A stretch of DNA of 64,000 bases, from positions 1 through 64,000 of IMG/VR virus record IMGVR_UViG_3300030294_000005. One strand, written 5' to 3'. Made by a program: the position numbers and the translations under genes. This document shows positions 30,593-39,795 of this stretch, piece by piece. Each line of letters starts with the position of its first letter. The first letter of the stretch is position 1. The notes beneath the pieces were generated by a model. That model made no database searches and was not told where the DNA came from. It saw only the letters and a program-made list of their open reading frames with translations.

Positions 30593-31045
30593 TTAAAAAT
30601 TAGCAGTTTTACAATATAGATTATTTACATAATTCCAATCTATTTTATCTTTATAATCATTTATAAACTTATCAGATACGTTTTGTCTAATTATAATATC
30701 ATCAATCTCAACCTTATCTATAACTTTTCTTATTAATTCTTCAGGTATATCTTGAGATATAGACATTGTTTTCCAATCTAATATATCTTTATATTTAAAC
30801 ATAAATCTTACAGATAATTTTTGGTTCTCACATATAATACTAACTAAGCTCTCTCTATTTATATATTTTTCAATAAAAGTCTCAGGTAATTCCTGATATG
30901 TAAATAATACCCTCATAGAGATTCTAGATAAATTATCTATTATAATAGGTCTAGGAACATAGTATTCTTTACATAATTCATTCCAATTTATTATACTTGG
31001 GTCTTCCTTAATTAATTTTGATAGTTTATTACTTAATTCTTTCAT
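30593..31045 (-). CDS. Tryptophan-repeat family protein
   Basis: ~23 aa Q.LS..FI.KY.D.(L/I)DW repeats. Confidence 0.65.
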   Translation of the reverse strand: MKELSNKLSKLIKEDPSIINWNELCKEYYVPRPIIIDNLSRISMRVLFTYQELPETFIEKYINRESLVSIICENQKLSVRFMFKYKDILDWKTMSISQDIPEELIRKVIDKVEIDDIIIRQNVSDKFINDYKDKIDWNYVNNLYCKTANF

Positions 31046-31081
31046 AACCCCTTCATCTCCCGTTAATTATATTAATATATA

Positions 31082-31110
31082 ATGTATATATGATTTCTCA
31101 TATATACATT
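31082..31110. terminator. Hairpin downstream of RNAP exon 2
   Basis: ATGTATATATGA-tttc-TCATATATACAT perfect stem. Confidence 0.5.
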
Positions 31111-31133
31111 ACTATCATATTTATAATATATAA

Positions 31134-31331
31134 TTAAAAAATTGGATCTGACACTTTTGTTTCAGGTAGAATTAATGTAAGATTATATAATGATTGAATA
31201 GCTTCATTTGATGATGTTCTTATATTTAACCCACCTAAAGATATATAATGAGATTTAGCCTGCATATGCTCTTCTAATTCTTGATTAGCTTCTATTGTAT
31301 ATGCTGCTTTTACTGTAACCTGATCTCCATC
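31134..31331 (-). CDS. rpoC: Exon 2 (65 aa) of the virion RNAP beta'-N subunit (missed by the ORF track)
   Basis: DGDQVTVKAAYTIEANQEL...SDPIF*; completes the catalytic GGDY|DGD motif. Confidence 0.85.
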   Translation of the reverse strand, partial: DGDQVTVKAAYTIEANQELEEHMQAKSHYISLGGLNIRTSSNEAIQSLYNLTLILPETKVSDPIF

Positions 31332-32621
31332 TATTTAACGCCCTTATTCTGGATGCTGAGCACTTATATTTTTATATAAGATTGGACTATATTATACCTT
31401 TCGGCCCGCCTCTTTCGATTTAAAGGATTTAATACCTACCACAAAGTGGCCCTACTCTACTCACTTCAGAAGTGTATCCACCTCTTAATTTTAACTAGAA
31501 GTATTACTAGTATATCAGCTTTCGATAGTCTCTGAACCTTCTACCAATTATAATCTTTAGATATATCGAGATAAGCATCTCTTCGTCGTATTCGTCCTAT
31601 GAATCCACGACATTGTTCATAAGTTCCAGGTAAATTTAATTCACGTATTATCTCACCAGTTCTTTTACCATCTTGCAATAATTTACATACTCCAATAATA
31701 TATTCATCATAATTCATAAACTTTTTAGCAGAAGGGATATTATATAAGCATGATATTGATTGCCACCTTAAACCTTGAGCTATATGACTTACAATAAATC
31801 TATTATTTTCATTAACCTCTAATCCAGCTATTTCAAGTGTATTTCCATAATTAAATCCATCTTCTAATGCTTTGCATATAAAATGAATTTGTTTATTTGT
31901 TAATCTTGACATACCATTATCTTCACCAGCAGTAATTTCACCATGGCTCCAATTATGATTATTTATATATGGAGTGCTATAATCTATTTCTCTTGCTCCA
32001 TTTTCTATGGCATGATCTACATTTTCTTGTGGTGTAATCCATTCAAGATTTTCAATTCTATTATTGAATTTACATAGATCCTTATGATTAACAAATATTT
32101 TATTTTCTGGATCTGAATTTATTATAAACATTATTGCAACTAATACATGAATTCTATATGTAGATCTTGTATTATTATTGTTCATTAATTGTGTTGATAA
32201 ATAAGTATCTACAATAGTTGATAATAGTTTACCTGATTTCTTATTCATAATTTTACCGAAATTACTTATTTGATATAAATCATGTTTTATATTTAAACAT
32301 TCTAAATCTACCCAAATAACTTCATTTTCAAATGTTATCGGTCTATACATAATTAATCACCTCTTAATGTATAGTTACTTGATCGGTAGACTAGTATTAT
32401 AATTGATAGCTTGGCTGCTGATTATCCATTGTTTATAAGGGTTAGGAATGTTTCACCATACCTCATCTTAATTATTTTTCTTATCTTTCGATTACATTCA
32501 CGCCTATCCATTACAGATTACGTTGTAGTATAATTAAGTTTTAGAGTATTCCAGCAGTTTAAGCGGTTTTTGTTTTAGGGAATTTCGCCCAAGGTAGACT
32601 ACAATGTATAAGATTAGGTTC
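31332..32621 (-). ncRNA. Group I intron (1290 nt) in the RNAP catalytic motif, carrying an HNH gene
   Basis: P1 GACTAT/GTAGTC with U.G; P AACTGCTGGAA 32559-32549; Q AATCAGCAGCCAAG 32423-32410; R GTTCAGAGACTA 31537-31526; S AATATAGTCC 31393-31384. Confidence 0.9.
31541..32350 (-). CDS. Intron-encoded NUMOD4-HNH homing endonuclease (I-HmuI-like)
   Basis: YQISNFGKI, IHVLVA..F and VNHKD..K.NN...NLEW.T..EN..HA; lies between intron Q and R elements. Confidence 0.9.
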   Translation of the reverse strand: MYRPITFENEVIWVDLECLNIKHDLYQISNFGKIMNKKSGKLLSTIVDTYLSTQLMNNNNTRSTYRIHVLVAIMFIINSDPENKIFVNHKDLCKFNNRIENLEWITPQENVDHAIENGAREIDYSTPYINNHNWSHGEITAGEDNGMSRLTNKQIHFICKALEDGFNYGNTLEIAGLEVNENNRFIVSHIAQGLRWQSISCLYNIPSAKKFMNYDEYIIGVCKLLQDGKRTGEIIRELNLPGTYEQCRGFIGRIRRRDAYLDISKDYNW

Positions 32622-34106
32622 ATAGTCTCCACCTATAGCAGTAAGATATAGATTACATATATTCAATGTATCTATAAATTTATTACTTGTATCCTTTTCT
32701 ATATCTTCTTTTCTTATCTTAGGATAATACTTATAAAACTTATTATCATACCACATAGGTTCTATATCTTTCGTAGAAGATACAACTATTTTTGAAGGAT
32801 ATTGATTAAAATAACTATCCATAGGATATCTTGTTATTAATATTTTTTTATCACTTGAGCATTCAATACAAGCCATATATATTAAATCACACCAAGTTAG
32901 ATTTCTTCCTATTAATGGAGTTTTTAATATTTCTTCATTTGTAGCATCATCAATATCTAAATTTCTTCCTTTAAAATTCATATGAATAGTTTTCTTTTCA
33001 TCATTAGGAACTTCTATAGCAATAAATCTATTTGAATATCCATGTATAAATCTATCAAGTTCTTTCTTTATTCTAATATCAGAGAATTCTATTAATGGAT
33101 CTTTTACTTTTATATATTTTACTTCAGTACTATCCTTTTCTATATAAGGATACATTCCATTTCCAGAGAATTCATTTTCAAAGAATCTTCTTATCCAAAA
33201 TTCTACATAAGGATATAAATTTGTACATAATGATGATAGTGGAACTGCAGTATGATCTAGATCTACCATCAAGTCCTCTAATCTTTCTACTCTTAAATTT
33301 GGAGCAGATAAAACTAATCTTGAAGAATAATCGGCAGTCTTAGACATTACTGATCTTTTTATTATACCTTTTTTTCCATATATATTTGGTTCTTGTGATA
33401 ACCAAGCATATATTGCTAATAATATTTCTTGAACTCTTCCTTTAGAAGCAGTTGACATTGTTAAACCATAATCAGCAGTTTCTTTTAAAGATCTAACCGC
33501 TATTATTAGATTATCATATAACTTATTAATTTCTCCTACTCCTATTACAGTTGCTTCAGTATTTACATCTCTATAATATGCTGGTATTACTATACATTTC
33601 TTTACAAATAATTTATCTTTATTATTTTTTATGAATTGTATTTTAGTGTCTCTTTTATCTGAATCAGTAGTTCCTATTTTAATGATATCAATATTATCTT
33701 TTAAGAACTTAATACCATTTTTTCCATTCTCTTCATCTTCTACAAAATCACCTTTTGAATTTATAGAATACTTTTTTGTACCATGAACAATCTCTCTAAC
33801 TCTTTTATCCATTTGACACCATAATTTATATACTAATGGATGTAGAAAGTATTCGGTGAGGTCTATATATGCATATTTATTAGCTCTCTCATCTGTTGAT
33901 ATACCGAATATAGTATTAGATAGGAGTCCCCTTTCTGTTGGTACACCCTTTCTTACAAAATACACAGGATCAGTCACTTCTTCTATATCATTTGCTTTAA
34001 CAAATATATCTGGTTCCAATATTTCTAATTTAAAATGTTCTTCTATTGCACTTTCTAATGCAGTTTGTAATATATTAAACTTAAAATCATCTTTCAATTT
34101 TCTCAT
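32622..34106 (-). CDS. rpoC: Exon 1 of virion RNA polymerase beta' N-terminal subunit (phiKZ gp180-type); 560 aa when spliced
   Basis: GLLSNTIFG, AYIDL, VIPAYYRD, MSKTADYSSRLVLSAP and LITRYP beta' motifs, with DYDGD near the C-terminus as in phiKZ-like vRNAP. Confidence 0.85.
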
Positions 34107-34166
34107 CTCCTTTATAAATATGTTTAAACAAATTAAGGTATCTGGTAAATACCAGATACCTTTTAT

Positions 34167-34475
34167 TTAATTTAATTTATCTATAAGCTTTACATTTAAA
34201 ATATTATAATTTAAAGTCAATATTGGGATAAAGATATGTCCATATTTAGATACTTCTTTACGCTGTATTACATTATAAAGTCTTGAAGCATCATCGCATC
34301 CTTTAAATATAACATCAAATGATATATGATTATTATTATCATTGGCATTTACATCTACATTTTTATATTCAACTATCAGATCATGTAATGCCATTATCTC
34401 ATCAAAATAATGTATAATATCTTTTATATCATCTATATTATTTATAGTAACATTATTGGCTAATATTAAAGACAC
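34167..34475 (-). CDS. Hypothetical protein in the late operon
   Basis: ORF with GGGGTG RBS. Confidence 0.55.
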   Translation of the reverse strand: MSLILANNVTINNIDDIKDIIHYFDEIMALHDLIVEYKNVDVNANDNNNHISFDVIFKGCDDASRLYNVIQRKEVSKYGHIFIPILTLNYNILNVKLIDKLN

Positions 34476-34481
34476 GATTTA

Positions 34482-34646
34482 TCACACCCCTTCTGTAATA
34501 GTTTCAACTAATGTTTGTGCTGCTGCTTCTTTTTGACCTTCTTCAGTTGACAACCGTTGTACCATTCTACAATATAACCCATGGAATAACCAATTGGGCA
34601 TATCTATTACTTCGGTTATACTAGCTTTACCTTTAAAATTAGACAT
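34482..34646 (-). CDS. 54-aa ORF (MSNFKGKASITEVIDMPNW...), possibly the -1 frameshift extension of the upstream gene
   Basis: Open frame extends ~22 codons upstream of the ATG, just past a CTTTTTA run; no clear RBS. Confidence 0.55.
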   Translation of the reverse strand: MSNFKGKASITEVIDMPNWLFHGLYCRMVQRLSTEEGQKEAAAQTLVETITEGV

Positions 34647-34654
34647 GAATCTGT

Positions 34655-36121
34655 CTAGTTTGTCGATGTATTCGCTATACCCGCCAACTGATGACGTGTA
34701 AAAAGTAATGTTTCAGCAGACATTTCTTGTTCAGGTATTACAGTTTTACATTTAGGACATTCGACTTCTGGTAATATATATACTATCTCATCATGCTTTT
34801 CATTAATTACGTTTATAAGAGAATTAAATGAATAAAATTGGTCGGATGTTAGAGTTTGTAATATTTGTGAATACTTTCTAATTTTACCCTTAATGGTCTT
34901 TACTGCATTATCAGGGTATTGTTTTATATCTATTGGTTGTAAATCATTTTCTTCTCTATTAATATAATAGATACAATCTACATAAGATATTAATGATAAT
35001 AAATCGCTGTATGTTGTAGTAAACTTCTCATCTAATATAACATTTTCAAATATTATATTATAAATAGATGGTTCTCTTAATCCTATTACATAGTCATCAG
35101 ATACTTGAACTAGCTCAACATCGTATTTATTTACACTTGCAGTATCTTTAGCAAATATATCTGCAACTAACTTCTTAGCAGCATCATTTTTATATTTTAC
35201 CATATCATCTATTTCAGTATCTTTCATAAAGATATTTGAACAATGTGGACAATTGTATGGTATTGAATTTACACCCTCAAAACTAGCTTTATAAGCTGTA
35301 AAGTATATATGATTTATATCAAAGAAATTAAGTAATTTAACCCATTCTTCTATAGTCTTAGGTTTATTAGGATCAATAACATGATCAAATAAGATACCAT
35401 AAATTTCTCTATAAGTATCAAATCTATTTTTAGAAGAGGATTTTGGATCTAATTTCTGAATCTCTAATCCACCAAATGATTCCATTGATATAGGAATACC
35501 TGTAGCTGGAAGAACCCAACTGATTGTTCTCTTAGTTGATAGATTTGTTTTAAGTGAATTTAATACTGATATTGGTTTTTTTGATATAGAGAATGATGCT
35601 AAATCTATTATATTAATAACTGGTTTTATTTTACTTTTTATTACTGATTTAACTTCTGCTAATTGTTTATTAGATTCAGCTTCTAATTCTTCATCATCTT
35701 CATCATCTAAATCTTCATTCTTTATAAATATACTACTACCAGCAGCTTTATCTATCATTACATGAGATTCTTTAATTTTAGTCTCTTCTTCATTATCTTC
35801 ATCATCTTCACCCTCAGCCATTCTCATTAATGAAGATTTATCATGATGTTCTTCTGGGAAAATTACTTTTTCATCTTCATCAGAAGCTAAAGTTTCAATT
35901 ATTTCATCCCTTCTAATATCTACTTCTTTTTCTTTTCTTTCTATTGCTTTATTAACATTACCTAATATATCATCTAGTCTTTTTTCCATTGGATCTTTCT
36001 TTGATGAATTAGGTCTTATTTCTGCTGCAGATACCTCTTTTAATTTTTTACTACTAGTTACCTTTGCAGTATCAGTAGTTGATTTTAAATCTTTTAAAGT
36101 TACAACTTTTTTATCGTCCAT
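34655..36121 (-). CDS. Baseplate hub/tail assembly protein (T4 gp26/gp51-like) with acidic N-terminus
   Basis: YNCPHC and ECPKC zinc knuckles; adjacent to the gp25-like gene. Confidence 0.55.
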   Translation of the reverse strand: MDDKKVVTLKDLKSTTDTAKVTSSKKLKEVSAAEIRPNSSKKDPMEKRLDDILGNVNKAIERKEKEVDIRRDEIIETLASDEDEKVIFPEEHHDKSSLMRMAEGEDDEDNEEETKIKESHVMIDKAAGSSIFIKNEDLDDEDDEELEAESNKQLAEVKSVIKSKIKPVINIIDLASFSISKKPISVLNSLKTNLSTKRTISWVLPATGIPISMESFGGLEIQKLDPKSSSKNRFDTYREIYGILFDHVIDPNKPKTIEEWVKLLNFFDINHIYFTAYKASFEGVNSIPYNCPHCSNIFMKDTEIDDMVKYKNDAAKKLVADIFAKDTASVNKYDVELVQVSDDYVIGLREPSIYNIIFENVILDEKFTTTYSDLLSLISYVDCIYYINREENDLQPIDIKQYPDNAVKTIKGKIRKYSQILQTLTSDQFYSFNSLINVINEKHDEIVYILPEVECPKCKTVIPEQEMSAETLLFTRHQLAGIANTSTN

Positions 36122-36140
36122 TTTAATTTCCTCCCTTATT

Positions 36141-36509
36141 TTATAGATCTGATAATTTTAATATTTGATTGTTAAAATCAGTATTAAATATATATAAGGT
36201 ATTATCTACCTTTATACTTATTCTAATATCAAGTGAAGATATTTGTTCTACTTGAACTGTTACCGCATTTAAACTTGGTAAATATTTTGCTATTTGATTA
36301 GATACTTCTGTTTGTAAATCATTTAGTTTATCCATATCCATATATCTATATCGTTCTATAAGTCCTACACCCATATCTGGATGGGTTTGGCTTGATCCTG
36401 GTATTCTTAATAGTAGTCTTATTAGTAATAAATAAATTGCATCATTACCTGTTTTTATATTAGGTCGTTTAAACTTATCTACAGAAAGAGTATATTCATT
36501 TAGGTTCAA
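36141..36509 (-). CDS. Baseplate wedge gp25-like protein
   Basis: 122 aa; LLLRIPGS..THPDMGVGL..RY pattern of the GPW/gp25 family. Confidence 0.65.
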   Translation of the reverse strand: MNLNEYTLSVDKFKRPNIKTGNDAIYLLLIRLLLRIPGSSQTHPDMGVGLIERYRYMDMDKLNDLQTEVSNQIAKYLPSLNAVTVQVEQISSLDIRISIKVDNTLYIFNTDFNNQILKLSDL

Positions 36510-36666
36510 GATTCTTATCCCTCCTTATATGCTAATTTATTTTATAGTTTAATTTATATATTTATACAGTAGGCTAATTTAATATATAATGTAAAACTTA
36601 ATATGATAATATATTATATACTTAGATAGTAATAAATATTTAAAAAATAAAGGGGATGTATTAAAA

Positions 36667-36960
36667 ATGTTATTAAAAACTAAACAATTCTGTGAATTAG
36701 CAAAAGAAGGTAAATTGAAAATATTAATGCCTATGTCAAAAATACATTATGAATTAGGATTAATACCTTACAGCATTTCTAGCGATAAAAAAGATATGGT
36801 ACAATGTACTGTAGAAAAGTATAAAGATGTAAAAATAGAAAGTTGCTATAAAATTGTTTTAAAAGCTACAGATAAAAGATATGGAAAAGAAAATTTCTAT
36901 ATAGAAGATTTGTTGGGTCTTATAGATTCTGGATATATTAAGTGTAGCATACATTTGTAA
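36667..36960 (+). CDS. Hypothetical protein
   Basis: AAGGGG RBS. Confidence 0.6.
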   Translation: MLLKTKQFCELAKEGKLKILMPMSKIHYELGLIPYSISSDKKDMVQCTVEKYKDVKIESCYKIVLKATDKRYGKENFYIEDLLGLIDSGYIKCSIHL

Positions 36961-36974
36961 AACTTATTCATTAT

Positions 36975-37055
36975 AATTATATATTATAATAATGAATAAT
37001 AGTTAGTAGTAATCTATTATTCAAACAAAAATATAAAAACTGCAAACAAAGGAGA
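36975..37055 (+). promoter_or_regulatory. Early promoter plus conserved structured 5' leader
   Basis: AATTATATATTATAATAATGAATAA; GTAGT pairs with ACTGC before AAGGAG. Confidence 0.55.
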
Positions 37056-37064
37056 ATACATATT

Positions 37065-37259
37065 ATGGAACGTAGAAATAATGTAGTAAAAGTACAAGGT
37101 ATAGTAGATACTAGGAAACGTGTAAGAATATTTGGAAAAAGATACATACTTAAAGAATCTGCTAGAAAAAGATATTGGGTTATAGCTAATGTATTAGGAT
37201 GGTTAATAGCAATAGGCATATTAGGAACATTATCATATATGGTATGGTCAAGAATATAA
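37065..37259 (+). CDS. Small membrane protein
   Basis: C-terminal TM helix; AAGGAG RBS. Confidence 0.6.
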   Translation: MERRNNVVKVQGIVDTRKRVRIFGKRYILKESARKRYWVIANVLGWLIAIGILGTLSYMVWSRI

Positions 37260-37264
37260 TTTAA

Positions 37265-37507
37265 TTGGAGGTTTTAATAATGACAATTACAGTACCAGAT
37301 CCTAAATATAAAGTTGGTCAACTCGTTAAATTTGATGCTAGTATGTTATCATGCACTATAACTGTAAAGATAACTAAAGCAACATTAGTAGTAGATGTTA
37401 CTACTAAAGAATCTTATTATAAATATGATATTAAACATCATGCTGTAACTAATGGATGGTCTTGGGATAATATAGAAGAAAAGATTTTAGATTTGGCTAA
37501 TAATTAA
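37265..37507 (+). CDS. Small SH3/KOW-like hypothetical protein
   Basis: PKYKVGQLVKF...YKYDI pattern. Confidence 0.5.
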   Translation: MEVLIMTITVPDPKYKVGQLVKFDASMLSCTITVKITKATLVVDVTTKESYYKYDIKHHAVTNGWSWDNIEEKILDLANN

Positions 37508-37529
37508 TTAAAATTGGAGTGATTTATTA

Positions 37530-37772
37530 ATGAATTGGAATGAAGATAAATGGCAAAATGGAGAAGCGGAGCATCCTAATTATATAGTTAAATCAGATAA
37601 TGTAGCAGTTCCATTTTTTGATTTAGTATATGCTAATGCTTGGAAAAATAAACTTTGTAAATGTAATACTGAAGTTAGTATATTGGATTTAACTAAATAT
37701 GATTGGGTTGCCAATCCTGCACATATTAAATTTCATAAATTAAATAAGGAGAAAAACTATGGCAAGATATAG
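37530..37772 (+). CDS. Hypothetical protein
   Basis: GGAG RBS. Confidence 0.55.
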   Translation: MNWNEDKWQNGEAEHPNYIVKSDNVAVPFFDLVYANAWKNKLCKCNTEVSILDLTKYDWVANPAHIKFHKLNKEKNYGKI

Positions 37773-38031
37773 TGATAAGGATTTAAAAATACTAAAAAGA
37801 TTAAGATTCCAATTTAAAATTATTAATTTTATTTGGAAGTTAACCTATAGACTCAATTCTAGAATTGAGCATCTTAAAGATAAAAATAGAAACACTAAAT
37901 TAGCAATTGCTCGTAAATATCAAAATGAAGATTTGGCAAATGCTATAAAGTTATTAGCTGATGTATGTGATGGTGATAATAAGTATGGCAATAAAAGTAT
38001 AGTTTCTGAGATAAGTCATGACAAAATATAA
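37759..38031 (+). CDS. Paralogue family A, copy 1
   Basis: Shared N-terminus M..Y.(S)DKDL...KKLRF..KII.FI..L. Confidence 0.7.
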   Translation: MARYSDKDLKILKRLRFQFKIINFIWKLTYRLNSRIEHLKDKNRNTKLAIARKYQNEDLANAIKLLADVCDGDNKYGNKSIVSEISHDKI

Positions 38032-38422
38032 TAGTGATAAAGATTTAAAAGCAATCATTAGTAATGAGGAATTCAAAAAAGTAAAAAAATTAAGATTTAA
38101 ATTTAAAATTATTTATTTCATTTCTAAATTAATTAATGAAAAAAGTTCTAAAATTGAAAATCTTAAATATAAAACTTTTGATGCTATGTTATCAATTGCT
38201 GATAAACATAAAAAGAAAGAATTAAAAAATGAAGTTGATTCATTGACATCATATTTGTTAGATCAAGATAACAAAAATGGAATAAATTCAAAAATAGTAT
38301 ATTTGCCACAAGATAAAGAAAGCACTGATTATATAATGAGTAAATCTTTAGCTGAAAAATTATCAAATCCATTAGTAAAACCTTGTAAAATAGAAATAAA
38401 AGAAGAGGATAAATTGAAATAA
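38018..38422 (+). CDS. Paralogue family A, copy 2
   Basis: As above; C-terminal DYIMSKSLAEKLSNPLVK. Confidence 0.7.
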   Translation: MTKYNSDKDLKAIISNEEFKKVKKLRFKFKIIYFISKLINEKSSKIENLKYKTFDAMLSIADKHKKKELKNEVDSLTSYLLDQDNKNGINSKIVYLPQDKESTDYIMSKSLAEKLSNPLVKPCKIEIKEEDKLK

Positions 38423-38436
38423 TAAGGAGAAAAATT

Positions 38437-39114
38437 ATGGCAAAATATAGTAATAAAGATTTAAGAGCAATTACTAATAATAAGGAATTTAAAGAAATAA
38501 AAAAATTAAGATTTCAACTAAAAATTATTAATTTTATTTCTAGATTAACCAATGAGAACAATTTTAAAATTCAGGAACTTAAAAATAAAAATTTCAATTC
38601 TATACTATTATTTATTGATAAGTATAAAAAGAATGAATTACCAAGTAGAATAAATTTATTAACATCATATTTATTGAATGAGAAAAAAGTAATTAATAAA
38701 TATGATGAAAGAGGAAATCTAATTCATTATAAAGATTATAAGAATACTGAATATTGGAAACAATATGATGAAAAAGGAAACTTAATTCATTATAAAGATT
38801 CTAGGAATATTGAGTATTGGATGGATTATGATGAGAAAGAAAATATAATTCATTATAAAGATTGCGATGAAGAATGTTGGAGAGGGTATGATGATAAAAG
38901 AAATATAATTTATTATAAAAATTCCCGCAATTTTGAATATTGGAAACAATATGATGAAAAAGGAAATCTAATCAATTATAATTGTTATGATATGTATGGA
39001 TTAGAAGCTGATTATATAATGATGAGTAAATCTTTTGCTGAAAAAATATCAAAACCATTAGTAAAAAATTGTATACTAAAACCATCTTATATGCTATCAC
39101 ATTGGCACTATTAA
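38437..39114 (+). CDS. Paralogue family A, copy 3, with inserted YD-like 21-aa repeats
   Basis: YDE.GNLIHYKD...EYW repeats; C-terminal DYIMMSKSFAEKISKPLVK. Confidence 0.7.
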   Translation: MAKYSNKDLRAITNNKEFKEIKKLRFQLKIINFISRLTNENNFKIQELKNKNFNSILLFIDKYKKNELPSRINLLTSYLLNEKKVINKYDERGNLIHYKDYKNTEYWKQYDEKGNLIHYKDSRNIEYWMDYDEKENIIHYKDCDEECWRGYDDKRNIIYYKNSRNFEYWKQYDEKGNLINYNCYDMYGLEADYIMMSKSFAEKISKPLVKNCILKPSYMLSHWHY

Positions 39115-39136
39115 GATAATAAAGGGGATATATATT

Positions 39137-39703
39137 ATGGCATTATTAAGAATACCTATGGAAAAGGTTGTAGAATTTTTAAATATATTTGCAATTAATG
39201 GTACTGAATTTGTTGTCAAGGAAATTAAGATTTTTAAAAATATAGAAGTGTTTGATGGCCATTATAGTCCATTAAGTTCTATAAAAGTTATAACTTCTAA
39301 TAAAAATTTAAAAGGATTAGAAGCTGCTAGAGATAATCATAGAAATCTAATTTATGAAAAAATTATTGATGGAGATAATAATGAACCAATAATAATTTTT
39401 AATAAAAATAAAATTGATAAAAATGAGGTAATTATCTTTGAAATAAATATGGATGGATATATTCATGGACAAGATTTATTAGCAGCATTAAAATTTGGAA
39501 CACCTTTATTTAGTAATTATTTAAAATTTAATCCAGAAGATTTGAATAAATTTCTAACATCAGAATCTAATGCTCAATGGCATTTAGCATTTAATGCTAA
39601 AAAAGAAAAATTTGAAAATACTCTTTCTTATGGTATTAGATCTGAGACAGCAAAATTAGCTGCTGAATTAATTGAATTAGAATATGGTTTTAATATTTAT
39701 TAA
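39137..39703 (+). CDS. Hypothetical protein
   Basis: AAGGGG RBS. Confidence 0.6.
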   Translation: MALLRIPMEKVVEFLNIFAINGTEFVVKEIKIFKNIEVFDGHYSPLSSIKVITSNKNLKGLEAARDNHRNLIYEKIIDGDNNEPIIIFNKNKIDKNEVIIFEINMDGYIHGQDLLAALKFGTPLFSNYLKFNPEDLNKFLTSESNAQWHLAFNAKKEKFENTLSYGIRSETAKLAAELIELEYGFNIY

Positions 39704-39758
39704 ATAATAAATAGACTGGTGTGTAAGCCAGTTTATTTTTTTAATTCAAATATTATTA

Positions 39759-39770
39759 AACATAAGAATA
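39759..39770 (+). promoter_or_regulatory. Late promoter AACA-N6-TA
   Basis: AACA-TAAGAA-TA. Confidence 0.6.
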
Positions 39771-39795
39771 ATATAATAATTAGGAGTTGATTAAT

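Noticed and set aside
32559-32621. C-terminal EPNLIHCSLPWAKFPKTKTA of the track's 515-aa RNAP ORF
   Set aside because: It is read-through into intron P1/P2; the real protein continues as DGDQ in exon 2.
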